Shown here piece after piece: positions 1 through 11,399 of a stretch of DNA of 64,000 bases. The notes under the pieces are model-generated. The model searched no databases, was not told where the DNA came from, and was given only the letters and a program-made list of their open reading frames with translations. How positions within the stretch are numbered: position 1 is the stretch's first letter; the number at the start of each line of letters is the position of its first letter. Location of the stretch: NCBI GenBank assembly GCA_951406725.2, contig OX597821.1, forward strand, positions 30,876,001 through 30,940,000. Reading direction: 5' to 3'. The translations under genes were made by a program, and so were the position numbers. Origin of the DNA: Octopus vulgaris (taxonomy: Eukaryota).

Positions 1-42
1 TTAATAGCACCACCTGATAGGATTATTTGAATCCTGTTTAAG

Positions 43-2998
43 TCAAGTTTTGTTTATGGTCCATTCAAGTAGTGAGTTTTTGTTGGGTGAGTTGTATCCA
101 ATTATGGGTGGCTTATCTGGTATTCCTTGAAGGAATCTATCCAGACTCCGTTTAAAGTTGATGGGATCCTTTTCCTCTTTGATCTCTTTCGGGACAATGT
201 TAAATAGGGCAGGGCCTGTTGAGGAAAAGAAATTATGTTGCAGTGTACATGTATGCTGTGATCTTGAATTGGGCAGGGGACGTATGGCCCGTGGTCCCAG
301 TCTTGGATGAACCTTGAAGCTAATGTTCAGGTCGTTTGGGCAAAGTTGGCGGTATATTCTCCACATCGTACAAATGATGTACCGCTCACAGCGACGCTGG
401 AGAGAGTAGAGTTTCAAGGCTTTAAGGCGATCCCAATAATCGAGAGCAGCCATGCCTTCAATTCGTTTAGTGAGTGCCCTCTGGGGTGATTCAATCCTCG
501 AGATGTTTTGTCTTGTATGGGGAGACCACAGTGGGCAGCAGTATTCGAGGTGTGGCCGTACAAAGGAGGAGAAAAGTGGTATGATGACACCTTGTTCTCT
601 GGACCGGAAAGTTCTTAAGATCCAGGAACTCATCCTACGAGCTATATCGACCTTCTTGTTGATGTGTGCACTCCAACTGAGATCGTCATCAACAATTACA
701 CCCAGGTCTCTGATATTGTTAGAGGCTGTGAGCGGTTCCCCTGAAGGAAGAGAGTATGGCTGTTTTAGTGAGGAATTTCTTCCAAAATGCATCAGCTCAA
801 ATTTTCCCTCGTTCAGTTGCATTTTGTTTCTGTCTGCCCATTGACTCACAGCATATAGATCAGACTGGAGTTGAGTTCGGTCTGCTTCTTCATTGACGAT
901 TTGCTGGAGCTTAGTGTCATCAGCAAATATTTTCACTTTTTTGCAGTAATGTACGACACTGGAAGGGTCGTTTATGTAAATTATGAAGAGTAGCGGACTC
1001 AAGACAGTCCCCTGGGGGACACCGCTGGTGACTATTCGCCAGGAAATACTTAATCCGGTGTAGAACATTTCCACGAATTCCAACATTTGCCAATTTTGAG
1101 AGTAGGATATTATGGTCTACCCTGTCGAACGCTTTACTGAAGTCAAGATATATGACATCAGAGTTCGAACCTGTTCCCAAGGCTTTGAGTACATCTTCAA
1201 TGTGGTGTAAGAGCTGTGTTAGACAGTCCCTGCCACAGCGAAAGCCATGCTGATTTGCATTTAGGAGTTTGTGGGTCTCCAGGAAGTCAGCTATCCTTGA
1301 TCTTAACACTCACCTCCCACATCATTAAAGTGTTTGAAAGAGTGTTAACACCTGCGTCTAACGAATTTCTACAGAGGTTGGTCAGAGGGACTGCAAGTTG
1401 GTGTCTACATTCCTTCAGGAGACTAGCGGGAATCTATCAGGGCCTACAGCAGAGTAGTATTTGACCTCATTTATTGCTGCTATGATGTCAGTGGCAGTGA
1501 AGGTTATGTCTGAGATTTTATGTTGGGAGTCAACTTCGTTCGCTTCTCTTACGTCAATATCAGTGGGAACACTAAAGACAGAGCAGTATTGTTTCTGCAG
1601 TATTTCTGCCATTTCTTTAGCATCATGTTGGGGAATGCCGTTATCATCAATCAATGGCCCAATGGGTGAGACAGTGGTTCTATGCTTATTTGCATAAGAA
1701 TAGAAACTTTTGGGTTCTGTTTGATGTTTTTGATTACCCACTGTTCCTCCACAGCTCTTTGATTTTCAATGGAGGTTTTCATGTCGGTCTGCAGATGAAG
1801 TTTTTCCAGCTCTAGCCTTTTCATTGTTGTTGAATGTGGATGTTGTATGTGGGAATATTTTAATTGGTTGATTTTTTTGTTGAGTCTTTTGATGCGCCTG
1901 ATGAGTGTTTTTTTTCTTTTTAGGGAGCCGGTTTCTGTTTGTGTTAGTAGATTTCGTGGGAGCGTGTTTAGAGCATGTATAGGTGACAATGTTTTCAAAG
2001 TGCTGCCATGCGGTCTCAATATGGGTGGAATTGAGAGTAAAAGACCAGTCGATGAAAGACAGATCCTTTCTAATTGCTTCCCAGTCCGCTTTGTGGAAGT
2101 TTATGTTGTCAAATGAGTGCCATGGAGTGGGATTGGCTGGTTTGGTTTTTATATGTCGGGAATTAAAATTGCAGAGTACCATGTCGTGGTCTGAGAGGAG
2201 AGTTTTTTCAACTGAAATACTGTGAACGAAGCTAGAGTGATTGGTCAATACCAGATCCAAGATCGTTTTATTCTGTCTCGTTGGTTCGAGCACTAGCTGA
2301 GTCAGGAAGTATTCATCCATTAGATTAAAGAGCAGTTCTGCTGCTGCTCTATCTGATGTAGAGCATTTGCCTAACTTCAGAGTATTTGTGGGCCAGTTCA
2401 CATGAGGGAGGTTAAAATCACCCATCACTAGTATGTTTCCGGAGTTGTACTTCCGAAGGAAGGACTTGACTTTGCTAAGGCACTCTTCAAAGCACTTTAG
2501 AGGTGCTTGGGGAGGCCTGTAAAGACCAACAATGATTATGTCCTTGGCCTTGCTGAATAGTGATACAGATTCACAATAGCCATTGGAAAATATGTCCTTG
2601 GCATCAAGTGAAAAGGAGTCATGGATAAAGATGGCTGTCCCTCCCTTATTTCGGTCTGTGCGATCCGCACGAACAATGGTGAAATCTTTTATTTTCACCT
2701 CGGCGTCCATATGGGTGTTGTTCAGGTGAGTCTCGGTAAGGATAAAGAAAGGGAAGCAATGTGCCGTTTCGGCAAGCCAACTCTCTATATATGGGATCTT
2801 CCATTTTTGGGCAATAATTGATGGGTTGATGCCACGTACATTTAACAGGAATGTCGAGGTAAGGGAAGTTTGATGTTTGCATTGTTCTAAGTTATGTTTT
2901 ATGTTGTTCAGTGGTAACAATGTGGGTAGTTCTTGTATGGAGCTGTGTGTGTATGATTTTCTTGTTGGTAGTGGGTGTGTGGTCCTTGTGATTTGCAT
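43..2998 (-). pseudogene. LINE ORF2 (APE endonuclease + reverse transcriptase), broken by frameshifts, deletions and a micro-inversion
   Basis: ORF pieces 1766-2998, 1651-2019, 1415-1741, 920-1309 and 43-1086 carry consecutive APE/RT motifs in different frames. Confidence 0.92.
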
Positions 2999-3957
2999 AG
3001 GTGGTTGCTGATAGCTCGTTGGATCTCCTGGCTTAGGTCGGCCTTCATATTTTCTAGGTAAGTCAGTAAAAAAGAGTTACCTCTTTGGTTTGCCACTTGG
3101 TCAGAGGATACATATTTCATGTTTATGTTATTTGGTGTTATGGTTTTTTCATGGTTCTGTCTTCGTTGTTTGATTGTAGGAGGGGAAACGTGGTTGTATT
3201 TTGTTTTTGTTGTTGTCGTAGATCTCCTCTGTTGCTGTTTATATTTATTTTGCGATCGTTTTGTGCCCTTCAGATGGTGGTGGTTACATTCTGGGTTCAG
3301 GCACATCCTTAGTGACACAGAAGTTTGGCACAGTTTAGGATGGAAGAAGGAGCATCCATTGCCTTTTGTGCATCCATATTTGGGATCAGGACCATGGATT
3401 CTGTATTTAGGACAGTATTTGGGGTGGAGGTGAGGGCAGTTTTTTCCCGTTATACCATATGGACAGGTGCCCTTAACAAGTCTACGACATAAGGTAGGAT
3501 GGAAAAAAGCACAGCGTCCCTTGTTGTTGGTGCCGCTGGGGCCAAATCTACAGTTGCCTTGAGAATAGTAACGGCAGGGTGTTTGACGTGGGTGTAGTAG
3601 TGGTTTTTCTATTCTGGCAGGCTCGTTGGTCAGTGGTCCTATTGTAGTAGCAGTTGCAGAGTGTTGTTGTTGTTGTTGTTGTTGTTGCTGTAGCAGCAGT
3701 GAAACTTGACTTGCAACAGTAGGGCTGGGTGGAATCGGGTCAGATACTGGTGCTAAACAAGGTGCTTCCAATGTAGTAGCAGAGGCAGGCTGTTGTTGTT
3801 GTGATAGTGAGTCCTGGCTTGCCAAGGTAGTGTTGGGTGGAATTAGGTCAGATGTTTGTTGGTGGCTATCGGGTCGTTGAAGTGACCCCTGACCTGTTGG
3901 AGTTGGGTCATTTGGTGCACTACATTCATTGACAAGGATGGCTTCTAGTGTTGCCAT
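2908..3957 (-). CDS. LINE ORF1 with low-complexity/polyQ N-terminus and four tandem CCCH-type zinc fingers
   Basis: 349-aa open frame: CRYYSQGNC...CAFFHP, CRRLVKGTC...CPHLHP, CPKY...GCTKGNGCSFFHP, CQTSVSLRMCLNPECNHHH. Confidence 0.8.
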   Translation of the reverse strand: MATLEAILVNECSAPNDPTPTGQGSLQRPDSHQQTSDLIPPNTTLASQDSLSQQQQPASATTLEAPCLAPVSDPIPPSPTVASQVSLLLQQQQQQQQQHSATATTIGPLTNEPARIEKPLLHPRQTPCRYYSQGNCRFGPSGTNNKGRCAFFHPTLCRRLVKGTCPYGITGKNCPHLHPKYCPKYRIHGPDPKYGCTKGNGCSFFHPKLCQTSVSLRMCLNPECNHHHLKGTKRSQNKYKQQQRRSTTTTKTKYNHVSPPTIKQRRQNHEKTITPNNINMKYVSSDQVANQRGNSFLLTYLENMKADLSQEIQRAISNHLCKSQGPHTHYQQENHTHTAPYKNYPHCYH

Positions 3958-4186
3958 GTGCGTGTGGAAAATAGGAAATGATTCTTACAATCTCTTTTAT
4001 TTTATTTTCGATCTGTTTTACAGATCTGTGAAAGGATTGTTTTGCTAATTTTTCAGCTATTTTACTGTAAACATTAGCTTCGTTGCGGTGAGTGTACCAA
4101 GCGTTTATCAGTGCAGCGATTTCATTTTCAACCCAGTGGCGTTTTTGAATATTATTGGCCATATTCAGTGGGACAGTATTATACAC
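3926..4186 (-). CDS. Myb/SANT-like (trihelix-type) DNA-binding domain ORF at the LINE 5' end
   Basis: WVENEIAALINAW...VYSKIAEKLAKQSFHRSVKQIENKIKEI fits the W..E...LI..W...I...L......RS..Q...K pattern; overlaps the ORF1 start by 32 nt in another frame. Confidence 0.7.
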   Translation of the reverse strand: MYNTVPLNMANNIQKRHWVENEIAALINAWYTHRNEANVYSKIAEKLAKQSFHRSVKQIENKIKEIVRIISYFPHAHGNTRSHPCQ

Positions 4187-4992
4187 TGTACGTCAGTTAT
4201 TGATGGCTTGATGTATAATAGTGAATACACCGTTGAAAAGTTTGTGTCGATATATTCGGAAATGCGTGGCTATATCTGAGTGTGTGTGGGAGAGTTCAGT
4301 GTATTTAGTACAAATCAGGATGAGCGGTGTGTTTAATACAGATCAAGAAAAAGAATTGTACTCACGGGACTAGTTTTAGAACTAGTCTTGGGTTTAGTTT
4401 TGGTTTATATTTCTTTCTCCAGGTTGTATATAGATTTGTATAAATTTATCCTCCGATGGTAGTAAAAGAGTAGAATAGTAGAATTGTAGAATTCAAAATT
4501 TCTGGGACTAAAAACGAGGAGAGTTTCTGCTGGCTTGAGTTGAAATATGCTTCTTTGGCTACTGACTTGACCGGAGCTATGAAAAGTACGTCTTGTCACG
4601 ACGAATGCCCAGCTATATATCAATATATATATATATATTGTCTGTGTACCAGTGCACACAAAATACACAGTGTAACGTCAATACTAGTTAATAACTTACG
4701 AATTAGAAGATTTGGTGTATTAAGTCATAACTCCGTGTGTACCGTGTCATTTCCTTCATTTTGGATAAATGGTGCATCGTCCTCATGAAATTGATTTAGT
4801 AGATGAGTAAATTTCATCGCTAAAATAACTAAAATGAATACTTAAAAGATACTTCATACATCTTTATTGATAATGCTTGAACAGGATACGATAGAAAGCC
4901 ATTGTTATTATTTCTAATAAATCACGAATATATAGAGTCTGTTTGAAGATCGCATGCACATTTTGTTTTCTTTTTTTATAGTTTTCTTTCAT

Positions 4993-5190
4993 AAGCAAGC
5001 TGCCAGTATCGTTAGCACGGCGGGCAGAATGCTGCCTTTCTGTTCTGTTTTCGAATGCCGCCAAGTCCGACTTTGCTTTTCATAGTTTCGGGATCGATAA
5101 AATAAGTACCACTTAAATTCTGAGATCGATATAATCGACGTATCCGCTTCCCTGACGTAACCGTCCTTGCGCCAAATTTTCAAACTAATA
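4993..5190 (+). mobile_element. Degenerate tRNA-type SINE (family A)
   Basis: Similar to 12704-12918 and 48965-49175: agctgccagtatcgttagcac head, gactttgcttttcat...gatcgataaaataagtacc core. Confidence 0.7.
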
Positions 5191-5951
5191 TTAGATTCGA
5201 CTGTGGCATACTTGCAAAATCGATTTATATTTTGTCATTGTGTGTGTTAATCTCTTTGCAAGGATTATAAACTAACATAACGAAACAAGTCCCTATGTTT
5301 TATACACTGTAAAGCCAATACTTATTTGATATTTCGTAAACTGTTTTTAAAACATCCCATTTAGGAACAAGCTGTTTCTTCTCAACTGTTTAACTTTGCA
5401 GTGTCAAGATCTCTATGTGCGATAACTTTTAACATTCAAGTTTCTGTTTTTATGTTTAACGTTAGAGTCGTATATATACCCTGAATGTTCCTCTCGGAGT
5501 GGTAGCACAGAGAAATAATTTTGCGGAAAAGTGACAGTTCCTAATGCATGCATTCTTCCTAATACATGCATTCTTCACGTATCCGTGTCGCAGTCATTGT
5601 CCTCAACATATCAAAGCCCGTAATGTTACCGTTTGTTTAAGCATTATGATAGAGCAAAACACCAGAGCAAATATGCAAGGCGATAGTTGTTCGGACGAAA
5701 TCGAAGCTGGACGGTCTTCCATGCCTTTTGATCTAATTCTTTGGTGAAAATGTTTGCAGCTGATCCATTCCTGAGCGGTAGCACGAGTCAGTTGCTAAGG
5801 TCATTAGTATCATTAATCCCTTCTCTCACAATTAAAAACTATAATTAGTATCGAATCGTTATAAAATACATAAAATCTTGCATTTTGAGCTCTAAAATCT
5901 TTGCAATGCAAAAAATGTTTTAAATATCTCCCATGAAATAAATCTTACTTT

Positions 5952-6097
5952 CAGATTTTGGTACAAGGCTAAAGAGATACGTATTTTATCGACCTCGAAA
6001 TAACGAAAAGTAAGGTCGCCGGATTCTGAACGTGAAATTGGAATGGCGCTAAGCATTTTGCCCGAGTGCTGACGATTCTGTCAGCTTGTCGCCTTGC
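5952..6097 (-). mobile_element. Degenerate SINE family A copy
   Basis: Reverse complement begins aaggcgacaagctgacagaatcgtcagcactcgggcaaaatgcttagcg and includes gaggtcgataaaatacg. Confidence 0.65.
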
Positions 6098-6892
6098 AAG
6101 TAATAAATATTCTAGCTTAAATATACTTATCTCTTACAACATATCTCTTACAACATATCTCTTAATTATTTTAAAAGAGTTTATGTAGCTAACTGCAGTG
6201 TCAACATGTGTATGTTAGCCTAAACGATCTTCACCAGAGAGTCACCAATTTTCCCACAAGAAATATAAGATATATTATGCTTGCGTAACAATTTGTTGTC
6301 AAGAGTTCAAGATGGTACATAACATTAGACTACCCAGATATAACTAGTCATTATATATTAGACGAGCAGGAAATGTTTCCTTCAAGTATGGCATTGCAAA
6401 TATTATCATTAGTCGACCAATGTTTTCGATTAACATGCTTGAATGTACATTAAATTCGAATCTCAGAACCTGTTTTTATTGATCGACATAAATATGTTTT
6501 CACCTACTGTAATGATTTTCCGTATTTTGCCTCACGTAAGCGATATTTTCGAATAGTTTATATTGTTTATAATTTTCTCCTGTCGCATCTATAACGATCA
6601 TGTGTAGAAAAAAAACGAACCTATTGTTAAAATACAATCGTTTCCTCACCTTGTTATTATCCTCTTAGCTGCATTTTGCCAACAACACTGCTTTCTCAGT
6701 AATATATACATCCGGCTTATAAATATACAGATCCTCTTCGATAAAAAGAAGGAGAAACGGAAAACTTCGTACACATACAAATTTGAACCGGTAGTTCAAA
6801 AAGCTGGCAAACGTATACTTTACATTTCAACGACATTTTTCTTTATACTTCATTACTCATACGAAATAAATGTGTGTGTTTGTGTGTGTGTA

Positions 6893-6936
<44 letters not shown>

Positions 6937-7239
6937 CATACATACATACATACATGCATATATATATATAATTATATAAAACACACTCACCATCCATAGA
7001 TACATATGTAAATGTGAACGTATGCGTGGTATATCCAGTTACTAAACATCTTTTCTTTCCATTGCAACTCCTGACATTTAGCTGTGTACTTTTACTTTCA
7101 TGTCGAATGGGCAGAATATTTACAGCGTTGAAATATATTCGACCTTTCGTGTTCAAGCTAATTTGGCGCCCGGACTTTAATTTGCTCTAATATAATGTAC
7201 TAAGCGGTGTCGACATCATTTTTGTCCATATTCATACTA

Positions 7240-7680
7240 CTTTCCTGAGTGCTCGAGGAGTATGGAAGGCAGGGATGATGCTGTGTTTGGAAAACAAGTC
7301 TGGATTCGACAATCAATCTATCGTCTTGTCCACAAATGTTAAGTGCCGGATGTGAAAAGAAGCGGAGACTGTACCTTCCAAGTAGTAAACGTCTACACTC
7401 CGATAATTGCAGAGCGCCTAGTTTCATGGGTGAAGATTCATCCTGGTACGATATCGTTTTTTAGAGCTACTGGGAAACTAGAGCAGTATATAAAAGGTGC
7501 ACTACGTCTGTATGCATTTGGTGGATGGGAGGAAGCTTGGTACCTGCCTCATAAACCTACTTAAAGTTTTCAAACTGTATGAAAATTATTATTTGGATTT
7601 TTCCAACCTGTTGTTGACCTTATCAGGTCATGTAAACTGCATCTAGATAAATTATTTTATAAGTCATCATGCTGGAATGG
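7240..7680 (+). pseudogene. Heavily decayed APE endonuclease fragment, possibly Tx1/L1-like
   Basis: DVKRSGDCTFQVVNVYTP resembles DVTHSSGKVFRLVAVYAP in the Tx1 element near 35.6 kb. Confidence 0.35.
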
Positions 7681-7747
7681 ACAAGGATCTTAACAATTTA
7701 ATGCTATCCAATAGTGTCAAACTTTGGGATAACTACAGGTGACCTAG

Positions 7748-7915
7748 GTACACCGGACAAAATGCCACAAAGCATTGTCTTTGCATTATGAGTTCAAATA
7801 CTACTGATGCCTAATTTGCGGTACATGCTTTTGTGGGCGAAGACATAAGCAGCAATTAATCACCAGGATAGTACCCCACCCAAATTTTAAGCTTTGTGCT
7901 AATAATAATAGAATA
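7748..7915 (+). mobile_element. Degenerate SINE family A copy ending in the (TTA)n tract
   Basis: caccggacaaaatgcc...gagttcaaat...cccaaattttaagctttgtgc resembles 48965-49175. Confidence 0.5.
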
Positions 7916-7918
7916 GAA

Positions 7919-7981
<63 letters not shown>

Positions 7982-7991
7982 CATTATTATT
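7919..7991. repeat. (TTA)n microsatellite
   Basis: Direct read. Confidence 0.95.
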
Positions 7992-7997
7992 TGTTAT

Positions 7998-8441
7998 TTA
8001 TAGCGTGCTTTCACTTCACTACCGAGTGCAGCTCTGTGTGCCTTGGGTATGTGCTGTGATTTGTTGTGATTATCTGATGGTTACTGTTTTGAAAGTGTTT
8101 TGCGTAGGATGTGTGCGGTGCCTAGTAGTGCAATTTTATGTATATAATATGTGTTTGTAAATCCTGGTGTTTTTGTTATGTATTTGTCTGAATATTTTTT
8201 TAATCATACCTAATGCGACTACTATGATAAGAATTGTTTCTGTTTTTAGATTCCCCATTCGAGTTACCTCTATTTCCATGTCTTTGTATTTTAAAAGTTT
8301 CTCCATTTCTTTTAGAGACACGTTGTCATCTGCTGGTATTGATGCATCAATTAGAAAGCATTTTTTTCTTCACGATCTCTGACAACTATAACTGGCATGT
8401 TGGTTTTAACTTCTCTATCTGTGTGTATTGGCATATCCCAG

Positions 8442-8445
<4 letters not shown>
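7998..8445 (-). mobile_element. 5'-truncated R4/Dong-type non-LTR element: restriction-like endonuclease C-terminus + 3'UTR
   Basis: ILWDMPIHTDREVKTNMPVIVVRDREEKKCFLIDASIPADDNVSLKEMEKLLKYKDME...KIALLGTAHILRKTL; (TAA)n on both flanks. Confidence 0.85.
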
Positions 8446-8506
<61 letters not shown>

Positions 8507-8574
8507 CATTATTGTTGTTGTTGTTGCTGTTGTTGTTGTTGTTGCTGTTGTTGTTGTTGTTGCTGTTGTTGTTG

Positions 8575-8650
<76 letters not shown>
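8444..8650. repeat. Compound (TTA)n-(TTG/CTG)n-(TTA)n microsatellite
   Basis: Direct read. Confidence 0.95.
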
Positions 8651-8651
<1 letters not shown>

Positions 8652-9205
8652 GTGTGAGAGATCAGTGCATGCCATCAAAGTGACACTGGGGTAAAATATA
8701 CGAAGCCCAGTATACCCATCATGACTACCCGTTTGATAAGGGTACACCAGGCATATTAATCTCAACCATATATGCGCGACATGGTGATCTCATATCAAGA
8801 TAAATAGTGCATCGCCTTGCAGTTAGGTCCCAGTTAGAATTTTCTTCTGGTCGAGTCACCCATCCCGCTCAAAAGGTCCCTGAATAAGGGTTGTTTAAGG
8901 ATGTTGAACGAAACACCCATGTTTCCAGAGGTGAATTATTCAAACCCCTAAGAACCCCTCTCAACACATGGCTATGGTGCTCCCCCACTACGTCTGCTCG
9001 TGATCAGAGATGCACATATCATCAGCCACTAAGGGACATGCGCATCTGGTTAAGGTTAAACAACTTATGAGCAAATCTGTGGTATTAAGCAGAATATTTG
9101 CCGTAGCCCATCTTTTATACCAAGACAAAACAATGTACATGATAACGCTTCCAATCAGTTAAGATCAGAGGCCATGAGAGCCACTGCCTGGTACTGCATC
9201 AGGGA
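8651..9205 (-). mobile_element. Unclassified ~555-bp non-coding retroposon flanked by (TAA)n
   Basis: 8651-~8990 is the reverse complement of 22508-22845 at high similarity; both copies lie between TAA tracts. Confidence 0.8.
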
Positions 9206-9208
9206 AAA

Positions 9209-9239
<31 letters not shown>

Positions 9240-9321
9240 TATATTAATATTATTATTATTAATATTATTATTATTATTGTTGTTGTTGTTGTTGTTGTGG
9301 TTGTTTTTGTTGTTGTTGTTG
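9209..9321. repeat. (TTA)n/(TTG)n microsatellite
   Basis: Direct read. Confidence 0.9.
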
Positions 9322-10565
9322 TCTTTCAATTTTGTTTCCATTTCTTACCAAGTGTCTTCCTGACACCTTGAGAAACGAAATTCGCTGTATGCATCGGTAG
9401 GCCATCAAATTAAATGCACAAGATTATTCATGTTTATAGTCATGTGATAGTTAAAAAAGGGCAAGGAAGACAGAGAGAAAAAGGAAAGAATGAAACAAAA
9501 AAAATGAAAAGAAAACGAAGAAAATAAAGTGGAAAAGAGAAAAAAATTCACACGACAATGTTCTTCTTAATACGCGTGACGTACCAGTGCAGACAATCTT
9601 TTGCACTACCTGCATGGATGGTAAGCCAAGGATCATCCTCAAATAATTTTTGGTCCGTTTTTTCGATCGGTGTAACTCAAAGATTTCCTTCACAAGCGTT
9701 CTAAGCCTGCTTGGATTCTTCTTTTCCACCAAGGATATTTTTTCTTGTCACTCCCATTATGTTTCTTATTCTTGACATCGACACCCACGTTTTCTGCAAC
9801 AACCATCCTTGATGCCTTGATCAAATTATTTGTTTGTGTGATGTTGTTTGTTTTGATGTATTTCAGAATTTCATTGACATTTTTCGTTTCTTGGTTCAAT
9901 TTCCACCGATCAACCTTCTTAAGGTGGCAAATAATATCGCTATCATTCTCCTGTAGACTTGCCTTTATTCTGTCGTAGATTGCCTTTTGTTCATCTGTCA
10001 TGACGCCACTAGTTTCATTGTCTTCTTTTAGATCATCTATTTGTCTCTCATCAAGTATACTACCAATGTTCCTTTCCTGTGCTATTGCATTTTCATTGTT
10101 ATATCTGCTGCAATTTTCCATGACCCGTCTTTTGATATCTTCGAGCTCTACTTCCTTATTGCTCTAGCTTTGTCATATAGCCTCTGTTCCGTGAGTTGAA
10201 ACAATCCCATTCTCTCTGATGATCATACATACGTTGTCGGTAACCCCTAATCTGAGTACTATTTTCATCTACCGGGTTACTCAAGTAGTAACACTCCATG
10301 AACACAGCATTAATTTGCTTGCTTCACTTACGCCGTGTGTGGTGGTCTCTTTCTGGATATCGAGAGGCTGGATCCGGATCGGAATCTCTGAGCCTAACCA
10401 TCATTGGCTTTTATTTCATTACCACCATTATTTTGTTTTTTCATTGTCACTCATATGAGGTAGCGATTATCAGGTTGCGCAATTATCAGCGTTTTTCTTG
10501 TGACTCCATCACTAGATGTGTCATAAAATAACGTATGGGGAGGCTCCGCCCGTTTCGTTCCTCTG
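9322..10565 (-). mobile_element. Internally deleted R4/Dong-type element (5' end + extreme 3' end, no RT)
   Basis: N-terminal SKQINAVFMECYYLSNPVDE..GYRQRMY...LTEQRL and PWWKRRIQ fused near 9660 to C-terminal NYLRMILGLPSMQVVQKIVCTGTSRVLRRTLS; TAA/CAA repeats on both flanks. Confidence 0.8.
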
Positions 10566-10760
10566 TTATTATTATTATTATCATCATTGATATCACTGAT
10601 ATTATTGGTTTATGTGTGTTAGCAGCAGTGGTTGCAGCAACAGCAACAGTAGCAGGGGTAGGGATAATGGTGAGGGTGATAGTTGGTTCTCAGATTCCTG
10701 TGCTGTCATAATAGTAGTAGTTGTAGTATTATTTATATAATACTATTATATATATATATA

Positions 10761-11160
10761 GGCGCAGGAGTGGCTGTGTGGTAAGTAGCTTGTTTAGCAA
10801 CCACATGGTTCCGGGTTCAGTCACACTGCGTAGCACCTTGGGCAAGTGTCTTCTACTATAGCCTCGGGCCGACCAAAGCCTTGTGAGTGGATTTGGTAGA
10901 CGGAAACTGAAAGAAGCCCGTCGTATATATGTATATATATACGCGTGTGTGTGTTTGTGTGTCTATGTTTGTCCCCCTGGCATTGTTTGACAACCGATGC
11001 TGGTGTGTTTATGTCCCCGTTACTTAGCGGTTCGGCAAAAGAGACCGATAGAATAAGTACTGGGCTTACAAAAAGAATAAGTCCCGGGGTCGAGTCGCTC
11101 GATTAAAGGCGGTGCTCCAGCATGTCCGCAGTCAAATGACTGAAACAAGTAAAAGAGAGA
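10761..11160 (+). mobile_element. tRNA-derived SINE family B with internal (TA)/(TG) tract and LINE-like 3' tail
   Basis: A-box-like tggctgtgtgg, B-box-like ggttcagtc; close copy at 62848-63240. Confidence 0.9.
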
Positions 11161-11197
<37 letters not shown>

Positions 11198-11236
11198 AAC
11201 ACACACATACATACTTATATATGTGTGCGTGTATGC

Positions 11237-11268
<32 letters not shown>

Positions 11269-11399
11269 TTACACACACACACACTCATACACATGTGTAT
11301 TAATATTCACGTCGTTGAATTTTTGAATTTCTAAATTGAATTTTGTTGTTGCAATACAAGGTGTGTTTAAGTATTTGGGTAATATACTAAAGTCTGTTA

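Larger units (their letters stand above)
1..4612 (-). mobile_element. Near-full-length CR1-group (CR1/L2-like) non-LTR retrotransposon, degenerate; 3' tail probably continues beyond the window start
   Basis: Order on minus strand: 5'UTR, Myb-like ORF, CCCH ORF1, then APE (ILTETHL, GDFNLP, LDLVLTN, SDHD) and RT (NQHGFR, YLDFSKAFDRVDH, SGVPQGTVLSPLLF, FADD, VRPHLEYC). 5' boundary approximate, placed at the TA-rich run near 4613. Confidence 0.9.
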
